Source: Pseudovirgaria hyperparasitica
Taxonomy: Eukaryota
Assembly: GCA_010093815.1 (NCBI GenBank)
Contig: ML996586.1
Length of the DNA: 64,000 nucleotides
Reading direction: 5' to 3' (one strand)
Program-made: the position numbers and the translations under genes
Part shown: positions 63,501 to 64,000 of the stretch, piece by piece
Layout: every line of letters begins with the position of its first letter
Numbering within the stretch: the stretch's first letter is position 1
Notes under the pieces: generated by a model
Told to the model about the DNA's origin: nothing
The model's input: the letters and a program-made list of their open reading frames with translations, nothing else
The model's database searches: none

Positions 63501-64000
63501 CATAATATACACTGTCTCGCAATGCGTAAAGCTGAAGCAGAAAAAAATGGTAATCCAGATCTGAGACTTGCATTCGCCCATAGCCAGATGGGCATTGCTT
63601 ATATGATGGTTAAGAAGCCAGCAAGAGCAATAGAGTTCTTCAAGCAGTCAATTGCACTCCTCGAAGCCCTGGAAGTAGATCCTGACGAGTTTGGATTCCC
63701 TGTGTGCAATCTCGGCTGTGGCTACTGGGTACAGGGCCAACTTGAAGAAGCAGATAAGACGTTGACGGATCTAATCAAACAAAGAGAAGAGCTATGGGGG
63801 AAACTTGATAGCGTGTCTTATAAGTAAGTATGGTTCCAAGGCCTGAAGAGAAACAGCCGTTGATTCATTTAGGACTGGACGGGCATTACAGGCATTGGGG
63901 AACGTCAAAGCAGACAAAGCACGTGCACAAGAAAGAAATGGACTTACGCAAGAAGCGCAGTCACTTTGGCAAGAATCTTTCGTAATCCATTCTGATTGTC
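60570..64000 (+). CDS. Fungal NLR-like protein: SesB-like alpha/beta-hydrolase, NB-ARC, TPR (3' end outside the window)
   Basis: IIFIGHCLGG and GIVFLGTPH hydrolase motifs; Walker A GMGGIGKT, Walker B WLLIFDNAD, GLPLA; TPR-like helices at 63330-63830. Introns such as 61675-61720 keep the frame. Confidence 0.9.

Noticed and set aside
51341..64000. Starship giant transposon cargo (NLR plus metabolic genes)
   Set aside because: No tyrosine-recombinase captain or element boundary is visible in this window, so it cannot be supported here.

Overview
Filamentous-ascomycete (fungal) genomic window with spliceosomal introns and a bimodal composition. AT-rich blocks (1-10.4 kb and 15.2-51.3 kb) are transposons degraded by RIP (repeat-induced point mutation: CpA/TpG depleted, TpA enriched, frames broken almost only by TAA/TAG). 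Gene islands hold an OPT/YSL-type transporter, a CorA-like protein, an amidase, an AsaB/CmcJ/NvfI-type oxygenase and a SesB-like hydrolase-NB-ARC-TPR NLR. The 16.2-51.3 kb block resolves into one nest: Tc1/mariner > chromoviral Gypsy A > chromoviral Gypsy C > Gypsy B, with a full Tad-like LINE and a chimeric retroposon also inside A. Highlights from hand reading: (1) Gypsy B carries a second ~980-codon ORF with a PhyH-like 2OG-Fe(II) dioxygenase pattern, in two copies; (2) a ~31-bp palindrome is shared by the unrelated Gypsy B and LINE families; (3) a ~1-kb apparently non-coding, structured-looking head is fused to different LINE tails in two retroposons; (4) both chromoviruses carry antisense, intron-containing genes with a shared putative Cys motif. 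All de-RIPped protein readings are manual reconstructions and no database searches were run.
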